Below are positions 11,257-22,184 of a DNA stretch of 64,000 nt, piece after piece. The translations under genes were made by a program, and so were the position numbers. Position 1 is the first letter of the stretch, and the number at the start of each line of letters is the position of its first letter. Source of the stretch: an uncultured archaeon (GTDB lineage: Archaea; Thermoproteota; Bathyarchaeia; Bathyarchaeales; Bathycorpusculaceae); NCBI GenBank assembly GCA_963800605.1, contig CAWDBI010000013.1, positions 5,841 to 69,840 of the forward strand. Direction: 5' to 3'. A model generated the notes under the pieces. That model was not told the DNA's origin, did no database searches, and worked only from the letters and a program-made list of their open reading frames with translations.

Positions 11257-11741
11257 TCAGGCTTTGGGCGGGGCCTGGTGTTTTTTGCCGCTCATGTAAG
11301 CAATATCTATTCTGCCCATCGTCGTCTTCTCCAGTTTTTCAGCTTTAACCCTCGCCAACTTTGCCTCAGGGTTCAAAGACACCTGCCGCACCAGGGTTTC
11401 TAGGGCATGACGTTTCTCACCTGCGTCGGTAACCAAGGTCAGCGTGCCTTTGAATTGCACACTGGTATAGGCGTAGTCGCATTCGTCAGTGACGCCGAAA
11501 TCCAGAACCGCCTGTCCCCAAACCCGGTTATTAGCTTGGGCATAGACCAGTTTTTTTCCTTCGGGTGCACAGTGGAAATATAGGCAGTTGCGTTCTTGAT
11601 CGTAGCCATGGCTTAACGCGACAAGGTAGGGTTCATTTTCATGCACAGTGCGACGGTAACGTATTTGGTATCTTTGAGCACTTGACGTATTTCTGCTGTA
11701 TCAGTGATTTCTCGTTCCTTACGCCTAACATGAAATGACAT
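11257..11741 (-). CDS. Pyridoxamine 5'-phosphate oxidase/NimA-like flavin-binding protein (frameshift near 11640)
   Basis: MSFHVRRKEREITD..., EPYLVALSHGY, LYFHCAPEGKK, YTSVQFKG, MSGK. Confidence 0.85.
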
Positions 11742-11768
11742 AACAGAATTCTAAGCGGAAAGGAAGTA

Positions 11769-12301
11769 TTAACTTTTAAGGCGACTGTCTCTGCCTTGAT
11801 TATATACAAATCGAAGTTTTGAACCGAGGTAACCAACGACATCAGGGGTAAAAATCGAAAATGAAGCTATCAAGAAGTTGAGCGGATACACTATGGGGTA
11901 CTCGAAGAGGTTACCACCGTAGGAGCCCACGATATTCTGAATATAACCCCAGAACTGAAACAGCGACCACGCCGCCGTCCAAACCAACGCCCCCGCAAAA
12001 CGGTAACCATACTTCCGCCTCCTACTAATGTCGGTTTGGGGATAGGCATATTTAAAAAGATTTCGCCTGCAACCGCGCCTGCACCACCCGGAAAGAAAGC
12101 ACCCACTAGAATCTTCTCAACCAAGTTGCCGGGGACAAAATGGTCGATCCATGGTGTTTCTAGAAGACTTAAAATTGGGAGAACCACGTTACCTGTTGCA
12201 AGCCGAATCAATACGGGAATGGCGTAGATGGTGGCGCCGCCGATTTGCCAAACCCAGAATCGCCTTGAACGCAGAGTGCTTGCTATAGCATGGAGAGACA
12301 T
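11769..12301 (-). CDS. Hypothetical membrane protein (frameshift near 12020)
   Basis: Two adjacent hydrophobic ORF fragments (11891..12301 and 11769..11987) read as one protein. Confidence 0.55.
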
Positions 12302-12393
12302 AGATTTAGACTATGAGGGATGTTTTAAAAAGTCTTCTCAAACTCAACCGCTAAACAAAATATGAGGCGTTTCAAAGTTGGTTTTCTCGATGA

Positions 12394-14856
12394 TTAGAGG
12401 GGATAGTCAATTGAGAAGAGATAAGCGTAGCATATTATCAAGAATCGGCTTAAGCTTCGCGTTTTCTGCTTGAATCTTTTCTTTGCCCAATGCTTTCGTT
12501 GGCCATCGATTTCTTTGATTACTTCAGCATAGTGAATGCCTTCAGCGGCTGAAACATATTCGACTCGGAACCGCTCAGGACTCATGCCCAGCTTGGTTAG
12601 CATGCCTTTGAGGGCGTCGGTGCGGTTCTTCATCTTATAGTTACCGTTGACGTAGTGACAGTCATATGGCAATGGCATGCACCAACCAATACTGCGCCTG
12701 CGCCTAATCTTAGGGCTTCAAGAATGAATTCTCTGGCTGACTCTTCCGCTACACATGACGCGGATGGCGCGTACGCTTGCTGGGTAATCACATCGGCTGA
12801 TGCCTGCTAAGGTCTGCTCCGGCGTAACTGCACCAGTTGCAGAGGAACGCGAGGATTTTTTCTTCGGGGTTGGTCTTCGAGTGCAGCGCGGATTTGAGCC
12901 ATAATTTGTGCATCAGTGAAGTGCATCTGTGTGATCGCATGTGGATGGGCATTCGGCTACGCATGTTCCGCAGCCATGGCAGCTAGCAGTGATTATGTGG
13001 GCGGGTTGCCCTTTTTCCTGTCGGATAGCGCCATATGGGCATTTGTCCACGCAGACGCCACATTTCTTGCATTTGGATTCGTCTACGACGCTGATGATGG
13101 GTTCAATCTTCCATTTCGGCTTGCTAATCACCGTTGCTGCACGCGAGGCTGCGCCGCTGCCTTGCGAAACACTGTAGGGAATGTCTTTCAGGCCTGCGCA
13201 TGCTCCTGCATAGAAGATACCGTCTGTTGGTGCGTCCATGGGTTTGAGTTTGGGGTGTGCTTCCATGAAGAAGCCGTCTGGCGTCGCGGCTGAGGTTGAG
13301 AATTCGTGCGATTTCTTCTGAGCCTTTCTTGGGAATCGACGCCGTTGCAAGGACAACCATGTCTGCTTCAACTTCGATGGGTTGACCAAGCAGTGAATCC
13401 TCGCTGTGTACAACTAAGTTGTGTGTAGCTGGGTCTTCGTCAATTCGGCTAACTCTTCCACGAATAAAGTTCACGCCTTTTTCACGTGCGCGGTCATAGA
13501 ATTCTTCGTAACCTTTACCGGGACTGCGGATGTCAATATAGAAAACGTAGACTTCCACGTCTTGCTTGTACTTCTCCTTAAGCTGAACCACATGTTTGAG
13601 GGTGTACATACAGCAGAAGTTGCTGCAGTAGGGGTAATGCTGTTTGTCTCGACTACCGACGCATTGGATAAAGGCGATGCGATGCGGTTTGGCTCCGTCA
13701 GATTGGCGGATGACTTTGCCGCCTGTTGGTCCAGCTGCTAAGATTAGTCGTTCGAATTCCATGCTGGTTATGACGTTGGGGTATTTTCCATAGCCAAGCA
13801 GGGGCATATCGTATGGTTCGTAAACGTCAAAGCCAGTGGATACGACTATTGCGCCCACGTCAATATCGACTTCTTCGGGTTTCTGGTCAAAATCGATAGC
13901 TTCACGTTCACCGCAGACGTCAGTGCATTTGAAGCATTCAATGCAGTAATCTTTGTTGATGGAGTAAATTAGCGGCACCGCTTGGTCAAAGGGCACAGAT
14001 ATGGCTTTTCTTGTGCCTAAGATTTATGTCCCATTCGTTAGGGTACTCAATTGGGCAGGCATCTTTACATTCACCGCAACCCGTACATTTCTCAGGAATC
14101 ACATAGCGGGGGTTTTTGCGGATTTTCACTTTAAAGTTGCCAATATAACCGTCGCATTTGACGAGTTCAGAGTTGGCGAAGATTGTAATGTTTGGGTGAC
14201 GTGCGCAATCCACCATCTTTGGGCCTTCGATGCAGATGCTGCAGTCGAGGGTGGGGAAGGTTTTGTCGAGCGCTGCCATGTGGCCGCCGATGCTCTGGCT
14301 TTTTTCGAGCATGTAGACTTTGAAGCCTTGATCGGCAAGGTCAAGGCTGCGCTAATGCCTGCTATTCCTCCGCCAACGATTAGCGCCTTGTTGGTTACTG
14401 GGACTTCGATGGTTTGCAGAGGCTGCATTAATCTGACTTTGGCTACTGCCATGCGAACGGAGTCTTTAGCGCGTTCGGTTGCTCCGGCCGTGTCGCTTTG
14501 GTGGCACCAAGACGAGAATTCTCGGATGTTTGCCATTTCGTAGAGGAAACTGTTGAGGCCTGCTTCGGCAACTGTACGTCTGAAAGTTGGTTCATGCATG
14601 CGTGGACTGCAAGCGGCGATGACTACACGGTTAAGCTTCTGCTGCTTGATGGCTTTGCGGATTTCTTCCTGTCCCGGATCGGCACAGGAGTAACGATTTT
14701 CTTTGACGAAAACGACATCTGAGAATGGTTTTTGCGTATTCTGCGACTGCATGTACGTCGACTGTTCCTGCGATGTTTAAGCCCACAGTGGCAAACAAAA
14801 ACGCCTACTCGGAGCTCTTCAGGTTTCTGGGCATTTGGGTTAGCCGGATTATTCAT
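12394..14856 (-). CDS. hdrA: Heterodisulfide reductase subunit A fused to a C-terminal MvhD domain (multiple frameshifts)
   Basis: [78 protein letters not shown]. It then runs into an MvhD-type segment: [40 protein letters not shown]. Confidence 0.9.
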
Positions 14857-15792
14857 TTCTTTTTCATCTCCTCAACGATGAAGCGTTTATCGACTAAGTG
14901 GCGTCTGATGTCTGTTGCCTGCGCCGTGAACTCTTTAGTGGCACTTTCAGGGCTTGTTATGCGTTCGAGTGTTTTGTTCCATGTTCCCGAATGCACAGAG
15001 GTATGGAGCACTTTGCTGCGGTTAACTGATAAGGCATCATCCGCTGGGCAAACGTTTTTGCATGCACCACAATACGTGCAGGTTAAATCGTTAACGTGGA
15101 CTTTTTTGTCTTCGCCAACCGATAAGGTGCCAGCGATTGGGCATACATCAACGCAGTCGTGGCAGCCTTCTGGGCATTTCTGCTGGTTTATGCTGATTTT
15201 ACCTTCAAACGCCTTCTTAACCACAATCGCACCTGAACCACACTTGTATTCGCATGCTCGACAGGTTGGGCAATACTGCTTTTTTATGTCGACAGTGACT
15301 TGTACGCGTTTTTTGCCAGTCGGCGACAGTGTGGATACATCTTGGACCGGTTTGCCGTCAAAGCCGACTTTTGAGATGTGTGATGAGTTTGAGTGGACAG
15401 GCCGATTCGCATTCTGTACATTCTTTGTTGCATTTGCGGGTGTCCACTGTGATGTCTCGGTTGATTTGTGGATAGCTTTCTTTGGTGAGGATTGAGAGGT
15501 CGTGGGTGCCGTTTTGGGTAACTTTAACTGCGCCATAGGGGCAAGTGACGTCGCAGATGCCACAGAAATTGCATTTTGCCAAGTCAATATCGATTTTGGC
15601 TTTTTTTGCCTTTTCATCTGGCTGTTTAGGCTGTTTCTTGGTGGATATGGCAGCTTTGGGACAGGCCAGTGCACATATTTGGCAGCCGACACAACGGTTT
15701 TTGTCCAGAGTTAACTTGTAATTTTTAACATGCAAAACCCATTCTAACATTAAAGTGTCTGCCGAATCGTGTTTTGTTGTTTTAAACGGCAT
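14853..15792 (-). CDS. Polyferredoxin (FwdF-like), frameshift near 15370
   Basis: Repeated Fe-S motifs: CVGCQICALACP, CNFCGICDVTCP, CTECESACP, CPTCRACEYKC, CHDCVDVCP, CTYCGACKNVCP. It overlaps the hdrA start. Confidence 0.85.
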
Positions 15793-16119
15793 TTAGTTTT
15801 CACCCATGGGATTCCATGTGTTCATGGAAACATCCATGTTAAACTGAAATTGTTTGTTTTGTGATTGCAGTGTTTGTGTAATAAATATTGCTTGGATGAA
15901 AAATGGTTCCGATGGTGGAATAGTTGGGTTCTCGGTGGTATATTTTTCTCAAATCCCCTTATTGGTGGACTCAAAAGTTGGGTTTTACTGCGTTTTTAGT
16001 CATTTGTTGAAGTGGAATCTCCTTGTTTCAACAACAACCAATTTATAGAGGCTTGTTTTCGTTTTTTTATAGTAGTAGATAATTGCCAGACCATCTATAC
16101 TCATCTTCTTCCTGTGGTT

Positions 16120-16683
16120 TTAGCTGGCGGCTGCTTTTTTGAGTACTCCAAAAGCAGTTAACCCCCCGCCAAATAAGCAAACAACTATACCAATCCACAA
16201 AAAGCCCGGCGGAACCAACGGCGTGTTTTGGAGTACCGTGTACTCGTCTGTTTGCCGCCAATACTTCATCACCATAATAATGACATCTTTGGGTTCACTA
16301 TCGAAACTGTTATCGAAAACCAAACTGTAATTAGCGCTGCGCGGAGCAGTCCAACTTAGCGTCACATTTTCAGTTCGATAATAGGAGAGAACCGTTTCTG
16401 AATCAGCTTTAACTGAGAAATCAAGTTCTTTGGAGACAGATCGACTTGACCCAACAGCCGTAATAGCCCCATTCATGGTGACGTTGTCACCTTGAGCAAG
16501 ATACACTATATTTGTAGTGAAAGATGAGGCGGGAACTTCAAAGGTCTTGTTTAGCACCAACTCAGATTTAGGATTCTCAACAAAGATCGTTGACCATTTT
16601 GAGACAGGAATAGCTGATCCACTAATCAACACGACGCCAACAATTAGGAGAATTAAACCTAAAGCTACAACGAGTTTTTCCAT
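16120..16683 (-). CDS. Membrane protein with a GOLD (emp24/p24)-like ectodomain
   Basis: N- and C-terminal TM helices around a beta-rich domain with YSLVFDNSFDSEPKDV. Confidence 0.55.
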   Translation of the reverse strand: MEKLVVALGLILLIVGVVLISGSAIPVSKWSTIFVENPKSELVLNKTFEVPASSFTTNIVYLAQGDNVTMNGAITAVGSSRSVSKELDFSVKADSETVLSYYRTENVTLSWTAPRSANYSLVFDNSFDSEPKDVIIMVMKYWRQTDEYTVLQNTPLVPPGFLWIGIVVCLFGGGLTAFGVLKKAAAS

Positions 16684-16760
16684 CTATATGCACGCTTATT
16701 TGCTTGGATCTGTCAAGCTTTAAGGCTTCTGTAATTCCAGCAAAGTGATAAGTAACTTAG

Positions 16761-17465
16761 CTATTTTGGCGAATCGAACAGTTGTCCCAAAGAAACCCTG
16801 CAGTTAACCTTTACGACCCTCAGAAGTGCCCATAACGTCGCCGAGTTGCTACTAACCACCGGTTTACCCAGTTGCCGTTCAAGAGTAGACAGGACTTCAA
16901 AAGTGCCGAAGTTTGTGCAACTTACAAATAGTGCATCTGCATCCTGCGAGTACACGTTTTTAGCGATGACTTCCGCCTCGCTTGGGGTTAAGCGACCGAT
17001 TTGTAAATTCTCTCGAATGTTTAGACCTTGCCTTTTAAGTACTTCAAAACCGTTTTTCTCCAGAAAACTAACTTCTCTATCGGTTACTTCTTCGAGGTAG
17101 GGCGTCGCCAAGCATATCTTTCGCGCTTTCAGTGCACGCAAAGCATCGACTACTGCCCCAGAAGTGGTTAACGCTGGGCACCCCGCGGCTTCACTAATCC
17201 GCTTAGCAAGAAGCGCATCATAACCCAAGCCTTTGATGAGACTGCCTGAAGTGCAAGCAAAAGCAACCGTATCCACATCTGCATCCTTCAAGAGTCGTGC
17301 GGCATCTTCCAGCTCCGCCTCCATATGCTCCAACCCGTCGATAGTTACATCGTTTAAGTGAACTCTAGCATAATGAACAGAAACATCAATTCCCTGGAGT
17401 ACGTTTGAAAATTCTCTTTCAACAGTTGTGTTCGACGAGGGTATGATTATGCCGAGCCTTTTCAT
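16761..17465 (-). CDS. Maleate cis-trans isomerase / Asp-Glu racemase family protein
   Basis: RLGIIIPSSNTTVE, FACTSGS, LATPY, VSCTNF, KPVVSSN; both catalytic Cys present. Confidence 0.88.
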   Translation of the reverse strand: MKRLGIIIPSSNTTVEREFSNVLQGIDVSVHYARVHLNDVTIDGLEHMEAELEDAARLLKDADVDTVAFACTSGSLIKGLGYDALLAKRISEAAGCPALTTSGAVVDALRALKARKICLATPYLEEVTDREVSFLEKNGFEVLKRQGLNIRENLQIGRLTPSEAEVIAKNVYSQDADALFVSCTNFGTFEVLSTLERQLGKPVVSSNSATLWALLRVVKVNCRVSLGQLFDSPK

Positions 17466-17507
17466 GCACAAAGATAACAAAAGCAGGTATTTGTAACTTT
17501 ACAAAAC

Positions 17508-18191
17508 CTAAGGAGATGAGGCTGACTTGGTCTTGACAGGACTAAACAGTTGTTTATACATGTATACAAGCGTCTTTAGGACTGCAATACTGAATAGCCC
17601 AAGATAAAAAATATGCGCAAGTGCTAAAATTGGTTGGGTTAAAAGTAGCGAGTTACTAAAAGGATAACCTATTGTACTAGGCAATAACACCGTGGCGATG
17701 GGAATAATGAGCACTAAATTAGTTTTATCGGCTTTGAAGAAGACTTTCCAGTCACCAGACTTATAGAGGATAAGTGATGCAGCAACAAACAATGTGACTT
17801 CAAGGACCATATTTACTGGGCTGAAAATGTCAAAATAGTAGGAGCCTAACTCGTGAAGCCCAAACTGGGCATTAGACAGCGGCCAGAGCAGCTGTAGTTT
17901 TCCGCCGATGAGGAAGTCACCGATCAATGAATGAGAAATTAATGCTAGAAAGTATGGAACAGCAGTTTTACGGTAACGAATGAATACGGGAATGAAAATT
18001 AATGCTGCAACAACGATCGAATGCGTAGGGCCTCTATGTATTTCAGCGCCTATCAAAAAGTCATAAAGTATATCGATATCTGGAAGTATGGAGAGAACCA
18101 GCAGTATGGGTATGTTTATTTTTGTATGCAACACTTTCGAGGAGCCTTTTCCCAGAAGGTACGCGAGTGCCATGTGGCCTACAGCAAACAT
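17508..18191 (-). CDS. Membrane-bound metal-dependent hydrolase (YdjM/DUF457-like)
   Basis: GHMALAY, LPDID, HRGPTHS, SHSLIGD, LLWP. Confidence 0.8.
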   Translation of the reverse strand: MFAVGHMALAYLLGKGSSKVLHTKINIPILLVLSILPDIDILYDFLIGAEIHRGPTHSIVVAALIFIPVFIRYRKTAVPYFLALISHSLIGDFLIGGKLQLLWPLSNAQFGLHELGSYYFDIFSPVNMVLEVTLFVAASLILYKSGDWKVFFKADKTNLVLIIPIATVLLPSTIGYPFSNSLLLTQPILALAHIFYLGLFSIAVLKTLVYMYKQLFSPVKTKSASSP

Positions 18192-18394
18192 TGATCTTCT
18201 CTCGTGAATCCAGAAAATCCAGTTTGCTTGGCTTTTAAGGGTTAGGGTTAAATTTAGGTGAACGTTAGCCGCAACCAAGTTTTGGTTGACAGAATAACTA
18301 ACGGACACAATCTACGCTATAGACAAATAATGAAAGGAATTACGATAAAATCGAGCAGACAATAGATTCATTTCCTATGACAAATGCAAATTTT

Positions 18395-18610
18395 TTAGCC
18401 CATACCTACCGCACGCATAAGAACCGTAAAAAGAAAACCAACACCACACCCAATCGCAATAAAACGCAACAACCGCTTATCCAAAACAATCCTCGAAGCA
18501 TAACTCGGCGAAGCATACAACAACTCAGAAGTGATAAGCAAAATAATAGCTATCACTGCAAGCAACAAACTAATATCAGAGATTCCAAGAGGAAAAACCA
18601 TTCTTCCCAC
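18395..18610 (-). CDS. Small two-TM membrane protein
   Basis: FPLGISDISLLLAVIAIILLITSELL; abuts the upstream gene. Confidence 0.65.
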   Translation of the reverse strand: MGRMVFPLGISDISLLLAVIAIILLITSELLYASPSYASRIVLDKRLLRFIAIGCGVGFLFTVLMRAVGMG

Positions 18611-19398
18611 TACACAAAATTCAACACTGCATTAACACTATTACCGGGCAGTTGCACCTGCTCTTTTATAACAACAGTTTTACCGGAAGCCTTAGCCAAT
18701 GCTGAAGCAACCGCACTGACAAGGGGACAACCAAGCATATCAACGCTCTTTGGTTTAGTCTCAGCATTATAAAGACTATCATAGATGATACCTGTAGCTT
18801 TAAAGTTGGCACCAGTCGGCAGTAAAGCCATATCAGCGTTTCTTGCCAAATTAAGATTCTCAGTCAAACACTTCGGCAGTATTTCGCAGAGCTCAATCAA
18901 ATTTATCTTGCTCAAGTCAAGCCTCATTTGCTTTTCGACTTGAGCCATAATTCCTGAACCAGGAGAACTGATAAAAAAACCGCGCGTCTGAGCAGAAATA
19001 AATTTACCAGATGCCAATTCATCAATCGAAGGTTTCCCATTGAAGCTTTCAGAAATAAAGACAACGGGTTCCTTTAGGTTCTTGAGGTACTCCGGTAAAA
19101 ACACATCTTGCGGGTATGCTGGGATATAGAAGCCTTGCCCGCTGTATTTTAAATCGTTAATCATTCGATCGACAGTCGTATACGTGGAGCGTGTACAGCT
19201 ATCAAGTATGCTGCTTTCGACGTATTTCCCGCTTCTTGTAAGCGCTAATACTGCGCCCCAAAAAGTTAAACCTAATCCGATAAAGGCTGCAATCTGAATC
19301 TCCAACAACATGGAGAAAAATAGTAAAACTACTCCAGAAGCTAAAAAAACACCAGCAAACTGCATCGCGGCATTACTTTTCTTGCGAACAGACGGCAA
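18610..19398 (-). CDS. Hypothetical protein, two N-terminal TMs plus a soluble domain
   Basis: 262-aa intact ORF; C-terminal LGCPLVSAVASALAKASGKTVVI. Confidence 0.7.
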   Translation of the reverse strand: MPSVRKKSNAAMQFAGVFLASGVVLLFFSMLLEIQIAAFIGLGLTFWGAVLALTRSGKYVESSILDSCTRSTYTTVDRMINDLKYSGQGFYIPAYPQDVFLPEYLKNLKEPVVFISESFNGKPSIDELASGKFISAQTRGFFISSPGSGIMAQVEKQMRLDLSKINLIELCEILPKCLTENLNLARNADMALLPTGANFKATGIIYDSLYNAETKPKSVDMLGCPLVSAVASALAKASGKTVVIKEQVQLPGNSVNAVLNFV

Positions 19399-19494
19399 TA
19401 CAAAAAAATCTCCTATACTAAACTATTAAGGAAGCTCCTTAATGCTTCTATACTTATTACTAAAAAGGGATGTATAAGGTTTCCCTCATAGTGC

Positions 19495-21165
19495 TTATTC
19501 GCCGTTTTGGGTGACTTTTGCTTTGCCACGACACATTTTGCGCATATACAGCAAAACTACACCCAAAACCTTCGAAACCACCCCTAAGCCAGAAAACATC
19601 ACTCGGAAATTCTCGATGTCCATATGGTTAACGGCGCCAAGAAGAGGAGCCACAGCCAAATAAACAAGAGCAAACACGACAAAACCAGCCGCTAAAAGTA
19701 CTACATATGGCAAACTCACGAGGCTAATCAACAAATAAGCGGCTCCGGAAGCAAGCAATGAAGCCAATAAAATTTTGCCGGAGGTAACGAAATCAGCTTT
19801 TACATGATAGTTTCGCCAGCACCAAACAATACCCCAAATTGTCCCCGGTAAGCTTGCAATGAGTGCACCAAGTATGCCGCCGATTACTGCATATGAGGGC
19901 CCGCCAACTTGGGCAAAATAGGCAACCATGAAGTAGGCAAGCGGTATTCCAGCCAACAATGATAGAGTGCTCTGATACATGATCTGACGCGTTTTTCCTA
20001 TACCTGACTGAAAAGTTCCAAGACTAATGTTACCGACCAAAACTAGCAAGTTAACAGTGACGGAGAGCGCCAAAAATATTGGCGCAAACGGAAACTTGGA
20101 TTCAGCACCCACTACGAACAGAGACTGCATGATACCATCCGCAGGGAATAATGTGTTGACTAATGGAACTGCTAATGTGATAATCATAAATGTAGCCGGA
20201 ACAAGCAGCAAAGAAGTGTACTTTACGGAGGACGCAAAAACAGTTTTCACTAAATCGGGCTCTTTATCAGGGTTTAATCTGGCAAAAACAGGAAACAATG
20301 CAGTGGTCACGGGAATCGAAACGAACGTTAAAAGAACTGCAAAGTTGATGGCTGAAAAATAGTTACCCATCATCCAGGTGCCAGCATAAATCGACATAGT
20401 AAAAGCAAAAACCTGTGGCATAACACCAATCACGATGGTTGCAAACGTCAGGGGCAAACCAAACTTCAGCATAGGCTTGAGGGTTGCTTTAATGTCACAT
20501 CGACCAGTCTTACATTTGCGCAGAGGCTTATACAGTGAATAATAAACTATGAGGCCACTTATGATTGCACCTACAACGATAGAAACAGTAGCTGCAGTGA
20601 TTGCGCCTAAGACGCCAAAGCCTAGAACAATCAGAAGCGGACCAAGAGCAGTTTTAACGATAGCTTGTAACACAGTGGTGAAGCTGTTGAGTTTCATACG
20701 TTCAAAACCGATAAAGATACCCTGTGCCGCAGTAGCAAGGGCACCGGCAAAGATGGACAGTGACAGTATGGATATATAGACTGTAAGTTGAGAGGCATTT
20801 TCTGGGCTAATAATCAATGCCAGTGGCGCAGCGATGGCGAAACAAACCACAGACAGTATGGCTCCGCTAATGAGTTCAAAGAGAACTCCCGAATAGATAG
20901 CATCATGAATCTGTGCTTCTTTACCTTCTCCCCGGAGGTTAGCTATTGTCTTAGTTAAGGCAGAGTTGACTCCCCAATCTCTAAAATAATTAATTATAGT
21001 TGCAGGAATCATAGCCATACCATAGAGGCCAACTTCATCGACGCTTAATAAGCCCTGAAGAACCAAAGTGCCAAGAGCCATAATAACGGTTGAACCGACC
21101 ACGCCTAGAAGTAGATGGAAACTTCCAGTAGCGGATGATTTACCCATCTCCAAAGCTTTGCTCAT
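19495..21165 (-). CDS. Oligosaccharide flippase (Wzx/MOP family)
   Basis: About 14 TMs; GLYG, RDWGVNSALTK, GFERMK, LKFGLP, ALFPVFA. Confidence 0.88.
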   Translation of the reverse strand: MSKALEMGKSSATGSFHLLLGVVGSTVIMALGTLVLQGLLSVDEVGLYGMAMIPATIINYFRDWGVNSALTKTIANLRGEGKEAQIHDAIYSGVLFELISGAILSVVCFAIAAPLALIISPENASQLTVYISILSLSIFAGALATAAQGIFIGFERMKLNSFTTVLQAIVKTALGPLLIVLGFGVLGAITAATVSIVVGAIISGLIVYYSLYKPLRKCKTGRCDIKATLKPMLKFGLPLTFATIVIGVMPQVFAFTMSIYAGTWMMGNYFSAINFAVLLTFVSIPVTTALFPVFARLNPDKEPDLVKTVFASSVKYTSLLLVPATFMIITLAVPLVNTLFPADGIMQSLFVVGAESKFPFAPIFLALSVTVNLLVLVGNISLGTFQSGIGKTRQIMYQSTLSLLAGIPLAYFMVAYFAQVGGPSYAVIGGILGALIASLPGTIWGIVWCWRNYHVKADFVTSGKILLASLLASGAAYLLISLVSLPYVVLLAAGFVVFALVYLAVAPLLGAVNHMDIENFRVMFSGLGVVSKVLGVVLLYMRKMCRGKAKVTQNGE

Positions 21166-21189
21166 TTAGGCACCCAGTAAATGCTTGGT

Positions 21190-22182
21190 TTATAGAACCA
21201 TGCTATTTTTATAAGCTTTGGAAATCGCTTCCAAATCACGCAGTCCATCCAACCCAGTTGGAGAAGGAAAAGTGTCGGTTTGCAAGCAATTAACGAAGTA
21301 CCTTAACTCGTCGAAGTGCGGCTGATTAAAAGATGTTATACCTTTTGAGAGCATCTGATAGAGGTTTTTCATCGTCGGTGGGGGCATATGATTAACAGAG
21401 GCGCTCCGCACCGTTCCCAACAGATCCAGCCTAAGTAGATACTCTTGAGAATACCAGCCTACATTTATAGCTGCTAAGGTTCCTGAACTGAAGCGGGCAA
21501 GGCACATGGCTGAATCCTCAAAATCCATGTTGCAACGGTGACCAAACTGCCCCTTAATATCAGTAATCTCGCCAAAGAGCATGCGCATGAGATTGATTAT
21601 GTGGCAACCCAAATCGACGAAGACTCCGCCGCCGGTTAATTGCGTGTTAAACCACCAGTCGGGAACAGGAGCAGGCGAGTGTCCATCGGCTCGGTGAACA
21701 AAGGGACCAGCGCATATGTAAGTTGCATGAGCATTCTCCACGTCGCCAAGTAACCCATCAGTCATATCCTGTTTTAATTTGAGGAAGTGCTGGTTGAACC
21801 GCATCGGATACCCCATCATCAACTTAACCGAGTTGCGTTCTGCGGATAAGATTACTTCTTTTGCGTCTTCAACAGTGACAGCTATGGGTTTCTCTAAAAA
21901 AATGTGCTTCTTAGCTTCAGCCGCGTCTCGGGCACACTTGAGGTGCAGATGAGTCGGCAAAGCAACCAAAACCGCGTCAACCTCTGGATTCCTAAGCATT
22001 TCGTTATAGTCAGTATAAGTGTTTTTTACTCCAGCCTCTTTGGCGCGTTCCAACGCTGACTTCGCAGTATCCGCAACAGCCACTACTTGAGCGTCTGAGA
22101 GCATAAGCGCATGTTTTAGGTGCAACTGACCGATTCCGCCTATACCGATTAAACCCAACTTTACAGTTTTCATCGCAGACAC
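21190..22182 (-). CDS. Gfo/Idh/MocA NAD(P)-dependent oxidoreductase
   Basis: GIGGIG, LPTHLH, HIFLEKP, GYPMRF, GGGVFVDLGCH. Confidence 0.9.
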   Translation of the reverse strand: MSAMKTVKLGLIGIGGIGQLHLKHALMLSDAQVVAVADTAKSALERAKEAGVKNTYTDYNEMLRNPEVDAVLVALPTHLHLKCARDAAEAKKHIFLEKPIAVTVEDAKEVILSAERNSVKLMMGYPMRFNQHFLKLKQDMTDGLLGDVENAHATYICAGPFVHRADGHSPAPVPDWWFNTQLTGGGVFVDLGCHIINLMRMLFGEITDIKGQFGHRCNMDFEDSAMCLARFSSGTLAAINVGWYSQEYLLRLDLLGTVRSASVNHMPPPTMKNLYQMLSKGITSFNQPHFDELRYFVNCLQTDTFPSPTGLDGLRDLEAISKAYKNSMVL

Positions 22183-22184
22183 CT

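Noticed and set aside
12394-14856. Selenocysteine recoding in HdrA/MvhD
   Set aside because: The motifs I could read use Cys codons, and the ORF breaks are indels rather than in-frame TGA.
14001-15495. Long plus-strand ORFs (14001..14543, 14725..15495) and many similar antisense ORFs
   Set aside because: They are shadows of well-supported opposite-strand genes and have no recognisable motifs.
150-15792. Dense frameshifts suggesting mass pseudogenisation or programmed frameshifting (also 51.1-57.4 kb)
   Set aside because: The breaks are scattered single-base indels in otherwise well-conserved core genes (hdrA, nrdD, korAB), clustered by region, with no shared slippery motif. This fits low-coverage long-read error; short-read polishing would decide.
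16120-16140. KK near the C-terminus of the GOLD-like protein as an ER-retrieval signal
   Set aside because: KKAAAS does not match KKXX or KXKXX spacing and is explained by the positive-inside rule.
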